Below, in pieces: positions 13,181-26,189 of a stretch of 64,000 nucleotides of DNA (position 1 is the stretch's first letter; every line of letters starts with the position of its first letter). The notes under the pieces were generated by a model, which did no database searches, had not been told where the DNA came from, and worked only from the letters and a program-made list of their open reading frames with translations. The translations under genes were made by a program, and so were the position numbers. The DNA is from Octopus vulgaris (lineage: Eukaryota): the NCBI GenBank assembly GCA_951406725.2, contig OX597832.1, positions 11,160,001-11,224,000 on the forward strand. Direction: 5' to 3'.

Positions 13181-14293
13181 CAGTAGAACTTCGCAGTACC
13201 AGTCCATCATAGTACGAACAATTTGTTGAACGAGCCAATATTTGTAGGAATTTTTGTCTTGAAGTGCGAGCGGAAATCCAGAGTACGAGCGTGTTTCGTA
13301 CATGCGACCGGTAGTTGGCACTGAGCTCGCACACGCTCTCCCAACAAGTGCAGCCTTCACTCGCTCAGTTCGCATCCCTATTGCGTTTTCCCTAGTGTTT
13401 TGTTTTGTGCACCTTTGCTATTATTTTATAATAATTAGTTGTGTTAATCATATGTCCTAGGAAGGTTAGTGCAAAGGACAGTACCGAGAAGAAAAACAGA
13501 TTACGATAGAATTCCAGAAGAAAATCATTGATAAACATGAAAGAGGAGTGTCTGTAGTACACATATCACGTCAATACGACCGAAGCATCGACGATCTGCA
13601 CCATCCTGAAGAAAACGGATGAGATCAAGGCCGTTACAACAGCCAACGATTGTCTTCTGGCTCTCTAAGCTACGCACACCTATTCACGAAGAGTTGGAAA
13701 AATTGCTTCTCCTGTAGATCGACAAGAACCAACTCGCAGGGGATACGATGACGGAGACCATCATCTGCGAGAAAGCACAAGCACCGTATGAAATCTCCTG
13801 AAACAGAACCCTAGAACATCGACAAAGGAAGCATCAGTAGACGCATTTAAAGCCAGTCGCAGCTGGTTCAATAATTTCAAAATGGACTGGTGTCCGTTAT
13901 GGAGAAGCAGCGAGTTCTGACACGAAGGTAGCTGAGGATTTCGAGTGTGAATCCCGTCAGCTCATCGCACCAGAACGAGTACATCGCACAACTGTGATGA
14001 AAGTGGCCTCTTCTGGAAAAAGAAATGCCCAGAGCAACCTTCATAACTGCAGAAGATAAAAAATGCCAGGCCACAAGCCTAAGAAAGATAGGCTAACTCT
14101 CGCCCTCAGTACCAATGCGCGTGGAGACTTGAACATTTAGCCGCCCCTTGTTTACCATTCCGAAAATCTACGAGTGTTCGAGTCGCACACAATCCTACAG
14201 AAGAAGCTGCAGGTCATGTGGAGTGCAAACGTTCAAGTCTTGATTACCAGGCAATTCTTCACCGAGTGGGTCGACCTTGTCTTCGGGCGATCA
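13181..14293 (+). mobile_element. Tigger/pogo-family DNA transposon remnant (3'-truncated) with frameshifted transposase
   Basis: TA|CAGTAGAAC terminus. Broken frames give ITIEFQKKIIDKHERGVSV..STICTILK (HTH), FKASRSWFNNFK (CENP-B-like) and NCDESGLFWK..MP..GHKPKKDRLTL..NARGD..PLVYHSEN..RQFFTEWV (DDE_1). Confidence 0.9.
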
Positions 14294-15315
14294 GGTAAAT
14301 TAAAATCGTACTGCAAAGTATCACTATAGTTGAAGTCATTTGTAGTCAAAGACTTTTTATTGAAAATGTATGTCTTTCTTCAATATTTCAGCTGCCTTCA
14401 AGCAGAAATGTAACCTAATAACATGGGTTGCACACTCATCCACCTTTATAAATTCAGATAATTTTCCTGATGTATTCATATACACATCCATTTTCGAAGC
14501 CCTATGAAGGGATGAAATTTTGCCAAGCCAAGTCTTTGTGTAAAGATTTCCTCTTTGGTTTGTAATTAAACATAAATAGAAGCTTGGTGATTCATATGCA
14601 ATTCCGAACAGCATAAACATGATACAGAAAAATAAGGTTTCTTAAATAGAAAATGTGAATTTCTATAGTGTGCTAATGTTGTTAAAGTTTTACTTATTAT
14701 CTGCCCTATTACTTTTACAATAATCATACAAAATAGCTGAGCTCTTCTAAAACCAGAGTGTTATTAAAGTTTTAGTGGTAATCATGTATGTGGCTTCGAA
14801 TCTCTTCTTATAGTATTGTAAATATTTTTAAACAAGAAATAAAATTCGTTGTTGGTCTGCTCGATTATCAGATTTACTTATCAAATGATCTGCCCTGTTT
14901 ATTTTGAGAATAGTCGATTGTTTTCATTTAGAATGAATTTTGAGAATAGTCGATTGTAAAATAAAGGGATTTATTTTAACAACATTATTAATTAAAGTTA
15001 TCTGTAGATATGTTGTAAAAATTATAGCCAGGACTGATTTTTGAGCCGACGTTTCAAACAATGAGATCCAACATGAAAAACAGGCAACGCTCAGTGCTGG
15101 CTTTAATTTTATAGAATATCTAGAGAGATAACCTTAAATAACGTATAAAATGTACTGGAATTGCAGAAAAAACATGGTATTGCCTTATAAAAACGTTTAA
15201 TATACCTTATAGTATATTATGCTTGCACAAATCATTAATACAAATTCGATACATTAAAACGTTAAAATGCCACACCGATATCGGTGACGTTTGTGCTCAT
15301 AACATAATATGTAGT

Positions 15316-15687
15316 GTGGAGGCCCAGTGGGTAGGGCAGGGGACTTACTGTCGTAGGATCGCGGTTTCGATTCCCAGACCGGGCGTTGTGAGTGTTTATT
15401 GAGCGAAAATATTAAAGTTCCACGAGGCTCCGGCAGGGGATGGTGGCGAACCCTGCTGTACTCTTTCACCAAAACTTTCTCTCACTCTTACTTCCTGTTT
15501 CTGTTGTACCTGTATTTCAAAGGGCGAACCTTGTCCCACTATGTCACGCTGAATCTCCCCGAGAACTACGTAATGGGTACACGTGTCTGTGGAGTGCTCA
15601 ACCACTTGCACGTTAATTTCCCGAGCAGTCTGTTCCGTTGATCGGATCAACTGGAACTCTCGACGTCGTAACCGACGGAGTGCCACC
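15316..15687 (+). mobile_element. tRNA-derived SINE (family C, tail type 1) with 10-bp TSD
   Basis: B-box ggtttcgattccc; 5' half shared with 49007-49317; TSD aatatgtagt at 15306-15315 and 15688-15697. Confidence 0.85.
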
Positions 15688-17655
15688 AATATGTAGTAAC
15701 AAAATGCCTCAGAGTATTTTGTCCAATGTATTTTGTCCGATTCGACTTTAATATTATGGTTACTTAACGGGTGTGCTAAAATAACCGTTGGAGTAACAGG
15801 GGAAGAAATGGTTTGTCATCTATTCTACGTGCTCATTTCAAACATCTCTAGAGTTAAATTTGTGTATCTGCATTTACCAGTCTGGTAAAATAACATGACA
15901 TTCAATTATTGGAGTAGAAGTAATCAAATAAATCATCATCTTTCAGATATTGCTGGTCTTGTGTTTAAATTAGATACTATATTATTGCCAATATCTTGTT
16001 TTAATTGAACCAGAAATGAGAAAAATTAAAATTTAATAGAAAACCAGATGAATCTTAAATTTATAATTTTAAATCTCAAAATGAATCACTGCATTCCATT
16101 TATACAGACGATCCATCATGTGTATTACTTCCAAACTAATGTATTTATAGCAAAAATAACACTCTTATTGGCTGTATCTTGTGCGTGTTATTCTTGTCTT
16201 TAATTAACAAGCTCAGGAAATTGAAGTAATCACTTCGCTTCGGTCAGCTTGACAAATTGAATAGTCTTAAACGACTGTTCGATTTATGAGTGGATACAAT
16301 CTTCTTAGACATTGAACAAATCAAATTCATTCGTCATTTCCCATTAATATTTTATTCTGTTTTTTAACTAAGCGTCGGAGTTATAATATTCTTGTTTATT
16401 AAATTGACTCTTTTGAAATTATTAATATTAACTGGTATAGTGATGAAATCATAACTTATTTGTCCAAGACTAAAAAACTTTTTTTTTAATCTTTAAATTG
16501 TTGATTTTCTAACAATTACGTTTAAGTTCATATGTGAAAATGAATTACAATGACTTATTTTTCTGTGTAGGATACATGGAGGTTTTAGGACGCCTATCCT
16601 TCTTTCTTGGTAAAGAATTGAGATACTAATTATTACTGCTACATTTGCCTTTCTAGGAAGTTATTATTAACCTCCAAATTTCTTCTTTCCGAAGGACAAC
16701 TGTCTGAAATATATTTTACCCTCCATCTTGCAAATGTCATTTATTTATTTATTTATCTATCTATCTATTTATTCATTCATTTGTTCACTTTTGTTGCGGT
16801 ATCTTGTGGTGGCTTAGAGCACCTGTATTTTTCTTAGACTACGTCTTTACGTTTCACATTAAATTGAATGATAACTCTCTCATACTCTCTCACCCTCTTT
16901 CATATTATTTCTAATTTTCACTTTCTTTCTCTCTCTCTTATTTCTCTCACTTCCTCATCCTAACTTCCTGCTCTCTCTTTTCCCTCTCCCCCACTTACTC
17001 TCAATACAACGATATGGAAACGCCAATGTTAACTGTACAAATAGCAATCATCCAAGAAAATAATTAATATACAGATTAGTATTTTTGATAGCTTTCCGAA
17101 TAAAATTCCAAAAGTTTACCTCAAATACTGAGTTCATACGTAACTTAAATCCCTTTTATCTTTTGATCCTTCTAAAAGTGATAGCATGTGGGATACGGAA
17201 AATATTTCTTGGTAGATTCGTTTACAACGGAGGGCAAATGGCTTGTCGAAATTGTTCCGGGTATATTGAAATCTGGGTTCAAATTTCGTACGTTTCACCG
17301 TTTATCACTAATGAATTTAAATATAAACTGCCAATCGTATGCTAGGGTCAGTGTTTCTTTGTCTCTCTTTGCCTTTCTCTACATCTCTTATTCTCTTTCC
17401 CTACCTTTCTCTCACACATGCATATAATGAAGGTCGGAATTGCTGTAGATATAAAATAAAATCGAGGATGATCAAATGATTTCATCTAACATGTTGCAAC
17501 GTTCTTTCATCTAACATTTCATCTAACATGTTGCAACGTTCTTTCAAAGAGACTTGTAAACATGGCGGTTATGAACGAGCATGTGTGCAACCAAGGGGCA
17601 TTTAAAAGAGAAAGTGAAACTAGAACGGTCATGCTATTTTTCTTCCTATTTTGAT

Positions 17656-18080
17656 GCATGGCTGTATAGTAAGATTGCTTCCCAACCACATGGTTCCCGA
17701 CTCAGTCCCATTGCGTGCCATCTCGGGCAAGAGTGTTTTACTATAATCTCCGATCGACCAAAGCCGTGTGGGTGATTTTACTAGACGGAAAATTGTATGC
17801 ATGTCGATGTAAGGGCGTATGTTTGTGTGTGTGTGTGTGTGTGTCTGCGTGCGTGCAGTCGTTTATGTATACCTTGGTGTTTGTGATTGTTCCCAACCAT
17901 TGATTAGCAACAGATGTTTGCGTGTTTACGCCCCTGTAAGTAGCTGTTCGGGAAAACAGAACGATTGAATAAGTACCAGGCTTAGAAAATAATTCGATCT
18001 CTTTGTACAAAATCTATGAAGGCATTGCGACAGCGTGGACAGTGTCAAAATTACTGAAACAAGTGGAAGACGAAAAAGAT
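17656..18080 (+). mobile_element. SINE family A, diverged full-length copy
   Basis: Head gcatggctgtatagtaag..cccaaccacatggttcc, internal (TG)n, tail actgaaacaagt. Confidence 0.8.
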
Positions 18081-19192
18081 TCAAAAGGTCTACATAATAT
18101 AGTTCCCAATTTAGAAAAATATTTCCATTACCTCATTGAAATGGTTTCCGTAATTAAGTTAATCTAAACCAAAATTCAATGACACGAATTTCGTATGAAG
18201 AATTTTCTATATAAAATTCTGTATAGATAATCTCGTTATTTTTTGCCACAGACAATTCTAAGACTACTTTTTCATCTAATAAATGACGCACTTTCGATAG
18301 GAGAGTATATATTGGTATTTATATAGCTCAGTATCAGTTTTGTTCAACGATTAATGAGGTTGAAAGATGAATATTTAAATTTCATATATCTGTAAGTACA
18401 CTGGCCAAGATTTTCTGGTACCATATGTATGGAGAGATATTCCATTATCATGTTTAGCACAGCACAGCATATCATGCTTTAATTCCAGTAGGATATTCAA
18501 TGTAACACAAATATTTTATTTATGCATACACAAGAAAATCCGCCTTTGAGAGTTTTCCCCTTTTTAAATTGAATTAATATGATGGATAATGAATACTCTC
18601 TTATGATGTAAAACCAATACTACACAACAAACTTGTAGTATTTCATATTCTAAATCAGCGCCTGCTTTTGATAGATTAATATAAATATTGATAGCATAAA
18701 TAAATTCCATTAAGCAATGGTGCAGACTATATAATAATGTAAATTATTCATTTAATACTTAATTATTTCTTAATGAACTAGCATTTATAATTCTATAAGC
18801 AGATAATGATATTCTATGGTTTCTATCCTCAATACGCTTAACTTTATCTCAGTACTTTTCGATAAAGATGTAATTATTGTTTAATTTATTTAATCCAAGT
18901 TGATTTAATTGATTTAACAACAGCCACAAAAAGTATCATTAATGCAGTAATTTCGAAATAATTAACATATATACAGTGGTGCAGTTTTGCATTTGTTTGA
19001 TTTTATTTAAATGTCTATCAAATGTTTTGAATTCTATCTAAACATAACATCGCACAACAATCTCACATTGTCTCTATAAAATTTATGCCTAAACGTATAT
19101 TCGTAAACACATATGTGGTTTCAAGATTTTCAATTTAGTGGATTTTTAATCCCAATAATCTATACGCTATATTCTATAGCGTTATCTACTTC

Positions 19193-19345
19193 GAGTCGGT
19201 GTGGTAAGAAGCTTGCTTCCAGCCACATGGTTCTAGGTCCAGTCCCACTGCAAAGCACCTTGAGCAGGTGTCTTCTTCTATAGCCTCAGGCCGACCAAAT
19301 CCTCGTGAGTGGATTGGGTAGATGGAAACTGAAAGACGTCTGTCG

Positions 19346-19376
<31 letters not shown>

Positions 19377-19575
19377 CGCTCTCTCTCTCTCTCTCTTTCT
19401 CTGCTCCTTGTGTTTGTACCCACCAGCGCTTGACAACCGGTACACCAAACCGACTAATACAATAAATACTGTCCTTTAAAATTATAAGTATTGAAATTGA
19501 TACATTCGAAGAAAAATTCTTCAAAGCGGTGCCTCAAGATTGCCGCAGTCTTATGACTGAAAAAAAGGAAAAAAA
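19193..19575 (+). mobile_element. SINE family A copy with internal deletion
   Basis: gtgtggtaagaagcttgc..gtcccactgc..ggccgaccaaa..ggaaactgaaag; the segment between acaaccggt and the gaataagt-like motif is missing. Confidence 0.8.
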
Positions 19576-19630
19576 AAAAGCTATTATACACATAAATATA
19601 TGTGTGTGAGAGAGATAGAGATAGAGAGAG

Positions 19631-19669
<39 letters not shown>

Positions 19670-19869
19670 CCTATGAACATACACTCCCCGCACACATGCA
19701 TACACTTATGTATATATGTAAATAGAGAAAATATGGCTGTAGATTCTAAGAGAATAGCTTCATTGATAAAAAAAGAAAAAAGGGCTCCGACAGATTAGGT
19801 ATAATTCGGTGTTAGAGGAAGAATGGGCGTTGTGTGTAGTTAGTGAAGGAAACCTACAGAATTTGAACT

Positions 19870-20375
19870 TGTCCGGTTGATACATCTATTCTGTTCACTA
19901 TGATATTGGGAAATGTGCTTTTAAGTCTTCTGTAGCCCCAGGCCGACCAAATCCTCGTGAGTGGATTTGGTAGATGGAAACTGAAAGAAGTTCACCGCAT
20001 ATACGTGTGTGTGTGTGTGCGTCGATACCTCTCTCTCACTCTCTCTGCTCCTCGTGTTTGTCCCCACCAGCGCTTGACAACCGGTACACAAACCGACTAA
20101 TACAATAAGTAGCTATTTCTTTATTACCCACAAGGGGCTAAACACAGAGGGGACAAACAAGGACAGACAAACGGATTAAGTCGATTATGTCGACCCCAGT
20201 AACTGGTACTCATTTAATCGACCCCGAAAGGATGAAAGGCAAAGTCGAACTCGGTGGAATTTGAACTCAGAACGTAGCGGCAGACGAAATACCGCTAAGC
20301 ATTTCGTCCAGCGTGCTTACGTTTCAGCCAGCTCGCTGCCTTCAAATACAATAATACAATAAGTGCCGTCCTTTG
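19870..20375 (+). mobile_element. Second family A copy with the same deletion, interrupted by a family B SINE
   Basis: 19930-20110 is nearly identical to 19275-19467, including private variants. Confidence 0.75.
20113..20340 (-). mobile_element. SINE family B monomer with 13-bp TSD
   Basis: Head ggcagcgagctggctgaaacg, B-box gttcaaattcc, Meta-like core; TSD taatacaataagt at 20098-20110 and 20352-20364. Confidence 0.88.
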
Positions 20376-21679
20376 AATGTACTAAGCTAATATATATTTA
20401 TAGAAATTTGATTAAAAATCTACAGCTATATAATTTATTTCTGTATAGTATTAGAACAAAATTACATTGATTCCACATTGACTTGAAAATGAGGCTGGAA
20501 TTTAGGAATAGGATGCTTATGCAAATTTGTCAATGTGAGTTAATTTGCTCCTTATTAACACTAAGTCTGAATCTATAAGCAATGGATCCAAGGAAATTTG
20601 CAGATAAAGTCCTAACACGGGATTGAAACTAATCCAGCTGATATTTTTCGCTAAGCGAGTAATAATCTGTACATATATCAGTAAACGGTGTGTATATCTG
20701 TCAATACATCGAATAATGGTTATTTTTAAAATTCTTGATAAGATCTCTGTAGTATGAGACACCGAATGACTGATAACGCATTACGAATATATATGTATAT
20801 ATACATGTGCGTCAGTGCATGTATATGTATGTATGCACATAGACGTGTGCATGTGTTTGTGTGTGCGTGTGTGTATATATATGTATATAAATATATATAT
20901 GGATTTGTACGTGTGTGTATAAGTATAGCTTGTGTATGTGTTGGTGTGTCGTAGGCACGAGTGTGTTCGTTCATGTAACTTTGTAGTGAATAAATTGAAA
21001 ATACGCATTAAAATAGTAGATTAAAATTTTCTTCCTTTTTTAATGGAAATCTCCAGCCTTGAATTCCGATTAGTACATTACAGACACGATTAGAATTATT
21101 TACAGAGTGATATTTTTTTTTTTAATACTTCATTATTTCTGGTATATAACTAAAAATTGGCATCTCATTAGTCGCATCACAAAACTAATGCAAATAAATA
21201 TAAAATAATCAGGAATCACATGCAAATATTACTAAATTTTACCAACTGAAAATCACGCAACATTTATTAGAAATCTTTAAATCGTGTTCGGTCTAATCAC
21301 GAACACAAAATTATGCATAGAATCTGATTGCGTTTAGAATTACACTTTTGTGGCGTATAAGAATTATTTACACTCCAATAGACATTGCTGCAGTATTATA
21401 TAAATGTTCATCATTTAGTGAGTGCTTACTAAATGGAAACTTTAAATTTCTGTTTATTATTTTGATTTTACTGAAGATACATCATTTTAGATGATAAACC
21501 ATTTGAAGTATTTCAAAACTTTTATTTTCAGAAAATAGATTCCTATACACATTCACCCACACGTAGTCAGTTCAGGCACGAGCGCATATAGATAGCGAGA
21601 CAAACAGATGGATACTTATGCATATGAATCAATATACAAAGATAGCTAGACGGGCAGATGCATATATATATACACACCC

Positions 21680-21888
21680 TTTACTCTCTACACTTCTACT
21701 TGTTTCAGTCATTTGACTGTGGCCATGCTGGAGCACCACCTTTAGTCGAGCAAATCAACCCCAGGACTTATTCTTTGTAAGCCTAGTATTTATTCTATCG
21801 GTTCCATTTTGCCGAACCGTTAAGTTACGGGGACGTAAACATACCAGCACCGGTTGCCAAGCGATGTTGGGGGTCAAACACAGACACA

Positions 21889-21942
<54 letters not shown>

Positions 21943-22124
21943 TGTATATATATATATATTATATATATATACGACGGGCTTCTTCATTTTACGTCTACCA
22001 AATCCACTCACAAGGTCTTGATCGGCCCGAGGTCATAGTAGAAGAGAGTTGCCCAAGGTGCCACTCAGTAGGACTGAACCCGGAACAATGTGGTTCGTAA
22101 ACAAGCTACTTACCACACAGCCAC
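21680..22124 (-). mobile_element. SINE family A, near full-length
   Basis: Reverse complement of 7692-8104 with internal (CA)n(TA)n. Confidence 0.88.
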
Positions 22125-22139
22125 ACACACATACATACA

Positions 22140-22175
<36 letters not shown>

Positions 22176-22229
22176 TGTATGTGTGTGTGTGTATAAGAGA
22201 GACAGACAGGCATACAAACTACATTCATA

Positions 22230-22478
22230 AATCACAGGATCGATGGTCCTTCCGTGCCATAAGGTAATGGCGTTGGTTAGCTGGATTCTCTGGCGTAAGT
22301 ATCAACCCCGGCCTCAACAGGATGTTGATGTGGTCGCAGGAATACTCCTTTTGTCACGTGACTTGACTGGTGCAACGTGAAATGAAGTGTTTTGGTCAAC
22401 AACTCAACTCATCGGATCAAGGAATCCGAAGCACAATCTTACGGTCATGAACGCAGCATTTTAACAACTAAACAACGA
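22230..22478 (-). mobile_element. Old decayed tRNA-derived SINE (related to the family C head)
   Basis: gcaacgtgaaatgaagtgttttg..caac and ggaatc.gaa.cacaatcttacg..aac.actaa pattern, shared with 57010-57190. Confidence 0.45.
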
Positions 22479-23004
22479 AACTTTATATATAAACATACAT
22501 ACACATACATACATACATACATACTCATAGATATATACATATATATATACATACACGTATACATATACATAGATATATACATACATACATTGGTAGGAAA
22601 TTTTCTCGTTTTTTTCTAATCGGCAAGAAGTTTCAGTGTATATCGTGCGCCGATATAATGTGCGTGTGACACATCATACACGTTTCATATATAGAGTAAA
22701 TAACAGTTCTTTCCGAAAAGTAAGCAGGAATACCTTTTTTTTTTTTTTTCGTGCATTTTATCACCTTTCTACACTACTTTCATTTGAACATTCCAATATT
22801 TATTTTTCATAGAAAACTTCAGAAACAATTTTAACTCCGTTTTTGTAAGAAGCGAGCTATCTTATTTTGATATGATAGCTTATTGTTCATAAGTGTTTTT
22901 CATCAAACACTCGGCTTCTGAGACACTTTTCTAATTTGCTGTTAATTAAAAAATTACAATACGTCAAGACATGTTTCAGTTCTATAATACATTTTTGTTC
23001 ACAT

Positions 23005-23137
23005 ATATGTATATATATATATATATATATGTATACGTGCGTACATAAATTCCTGTGTATGTATGTGTTTGTGTTTGTATATGGATATATGTGTACATAT
23101 TTATATACACATATATTTATATATATGTATATATATT

Positions 23138-23169
<32 letters not shown>

Positions 23170-23242
23170 CATATATATACATGTGCACATATATACATGT
23201 ATATATATATGTATGTATATATACATACATATACTTATGTGT

Positions 23243-23332
<90 letters not shown>

Positions 23333-23694
23333 ATATATATATATATATATGTGTGTATATATATATATATATTATGTGTGTATATATATATATATGTGTG
23401 TATATATACATACATATACTTATGTGTACATATATATATATATGTGTGTATATATACATACATATACTTATGTGTACATATATGTATATATATATATGTG
23501 TGTATATATACATACATATACTTATGTGTACATATATGTATATATATATATATGTGTGTATATATACATACATATACTTATGTGTACATATATGTATATA
23601 TATATATATATGTATATATACATACATATACTTATGTGTACATATATGTATATATATATATATGTATATATACATACATATACTTATGTGTACA

Positions 23695-23737
<43 letters not shown>

Positions 23738-23809
23738 GTATATATATATATATGTATGTATATATACATACATATACTTATGTGTACATATATGTATATA
23801 TATATATAC

Positions 23810-23875
<66 letters not shown>

Positions 23876-23935
23876 GTATATATATATATATATATACGTA
23901 TATATATATATACGTATATATATATATACATGTGT

Positions 23936-23968
<33 letters not shown>

Positions 23969-24108
23969 CATATACTTATGTGTACGTATATATATATATA
24001 CATGTGCATATATATGTATATATATATATATACATGTGCATATATATGTATATGTATATATATATACATGTGCATATATATGTGTATGTATATATACATA
24101 CATATACT

Positions 24109-24150
<42 letters not shown>
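23005..24150. repeat. (TA)n-based compound minisatellite with recurring catacatatacttatgtgta unit
   Basis: Directly visible; source of the YI-repeat ORFs. Confidence 0.95.
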
Positions 24151-24155
<5 letters not shown>

Positions 24156-24724
24156 ACATCCTCTCATCAACAACTTACCACGAGATGTATAGTTATTATC
24201 CTGTTGATTTTAGATGTTTCCTTCATTCGTCGCATCCAATAATACTAAACAATGAAGTAGATACTTCGACCTTTCCGAATTTCGATCACTCGCTCTATTC
24301 TTCGAGGAAGGAATTGTAAGAAGAAAGGAAAATATTATACTTTAATCATCGTTCTTTTCCAAATAGGAATCACATATATTGTTCAACAGAAATCAAATCA
24401 TATCATAATAATGCATCCACTTCTCTTCTTATCATAAAATAATACTTAATGTACAATGCCAAAGAACATTATTTTCCGAAAATACATAACACCGACTCAT
24501 CAGATCAAAGTAAAATAAAATTGAACGAAGAAGGAAACGAATAGCGCTGACGGTTTAAAATATAGAGATAGTGAGTAAAGAGGAATTAATGAGGCTGCGG
24601 TGACAAGAATAAAGTAGAAACGTTTGAATCCGTCTTTTCAATTTCCATTTCGTAAACTGTGTGAGTGTTCTTATAAATTTATGCATAGAAAGTTACATGG
24701 ATAGACAGATAGATATAGACAAAT

Positions 24725-24795
<71 letters not shown>

Positions 24796-24880
24796 TATAT
24801 ATAGACATATCTATATATACACGAGGGGGTACCCAACCAAAAGAAATCGAATTTTCGCAATATTGCTTTATTCACTTAAG

Positions 24881-26189
24881 TACCTCCGCCAAGAAAGGAG
24901 GTTATGTTTTCATTCATCGGCGTTGCTTTGTCCGTCTGTGGGCAAAATAACTCAGTAAGTTGTCAACAGGGTTTGATGAAACTTGCAGGAAAAGTTGGTA
25001 ATGAAACAAGAAACAGATGATGAAACTTTGATAGTGATCCTGGAATTTTTATGGATTCTTGAACGATTTTTCATTTGTTATATTTACTTTTCATGAAGTA
25101 TGTTACATTCTTTGATTATCTCCCTTTAAAACACGTTCATCGTTTTCACATAACCTATGGTGGCGTTGCCGTTTCCAAAGTTTAATTTCGTTTCTCTATT
25201 ACTAATTTTACTCGCGTATCTATCTTAAAATGACCTGCATGTCGGATGTCTGCGGAGGATGACATGATGAGCCTTGACTATTGGGATCGATTCAGAAAAA
25301 CTCAGGCTTTGCTCCCTCCACCGCTGCTGTGAGATTTATATCATCTGTATGATGTGGAAAATATTCCTTCAACATTGCCCATCTTTAAAATTCGCCCTAG
25401 GCTCACCCCCCGTGCCATCTGTCCTCTACAGAAACGTTCGTGTAGTATCACAACACGATGACAGAACTATTTCACCTCAATTGGCCCTACTCTTCAACAT
25501 CGTACCAGGCACACATAAAGAAGGAAAGTGACTTCATGGCATTCAAACGATCCCTAGATGATTACCCCCAACAAATACCAGATAAATCACCCACACCCAT
25601 TAATGTGTCTGTCTGAATGGGCTACGGTTCCCCAGAGCTGACTGTGTATCTCTTCCACGTTGTGCTATTAAATTAGGCATGGCCTACGTCAATTTCGGCC
25701 GAAACTTATTTAAATGATCTAATCTATGCTGTGATATTTTAATCAAAGCATGACAACGTGTGTAGAGGCTGATATCTTAACATTTCTGATGGTTTTAAAT
25801 ACAAAAAAATATTAAGGATGTATATAGAACTACATTCAGAGTATGTATATAAGTTATTGTGTTTAGACCTGGTTTCTATCCTCAAACTGTTCCGTTTTGT
25901 AGATGCAATTTTTTTTTTGTTTTGTTTAATATGCACTCCGAAATTGGAAAAATCAAACGTCTTCAACAATCTCGATCCCATGATATCGGATAATGTGTAA
26001 AGGAACCTATTGCGTGATCGTAGTTTTGACAGTGATTGTGGTGATGATGACGAAGGTCGAAATAAGTATGGGAGGAGGGTATGTTTTGAGCGGCGTTGGT
26101 TTGGGGAATTGGGCGATTTTCAGCATGCGTATATATGGGTAGAAAGGAGCTGCTTGGTGGAGGTCTGCGCTCTCTGAGTGCTTTTCTAG
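24881..26189 (+). mobile_element. Non-autonomous Helentron/HINE-like element
   Basis: Subterminal inverted repeats acctccgccaag (24882-24893) and cttggtggaggt (26153-26164), 3' hairpin gcgctc-tct-gagtgc, terminal ctag followed by a T-run; interrupts the mariner 3' region. Confidence 0.75.
25255..25712 (+). mobile_element. CR1/Jockey-type LINE 3' fragment inside the Helentron-like element
   Basis: Broken frames: SLDYWDRFRKLRLCSLHRCCEIYIICMMWKI..FKIRPRL..NYFTSIGP.LFNIVP..FKRSLDDY..QIPD, typical of the CR1-group ORF2 C-terminus. Confidence 0.75.

Noticed and set aside
14357-14620. 87-aa minus-strand ORF next to the Tigger remnant
   Set aside because: No recognisable motif, and the length is compatible with chance.
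23055-24319. Long ORFs of 200-418 aa (also 4785-5659, 10966-11658, 31720-32526, 51112-51932, 57823-58513)
   Set aside because: They are translations of stop-free microsatellite or minisatellite arrays (YI, CV, HT, IYLS repeats), not genes.
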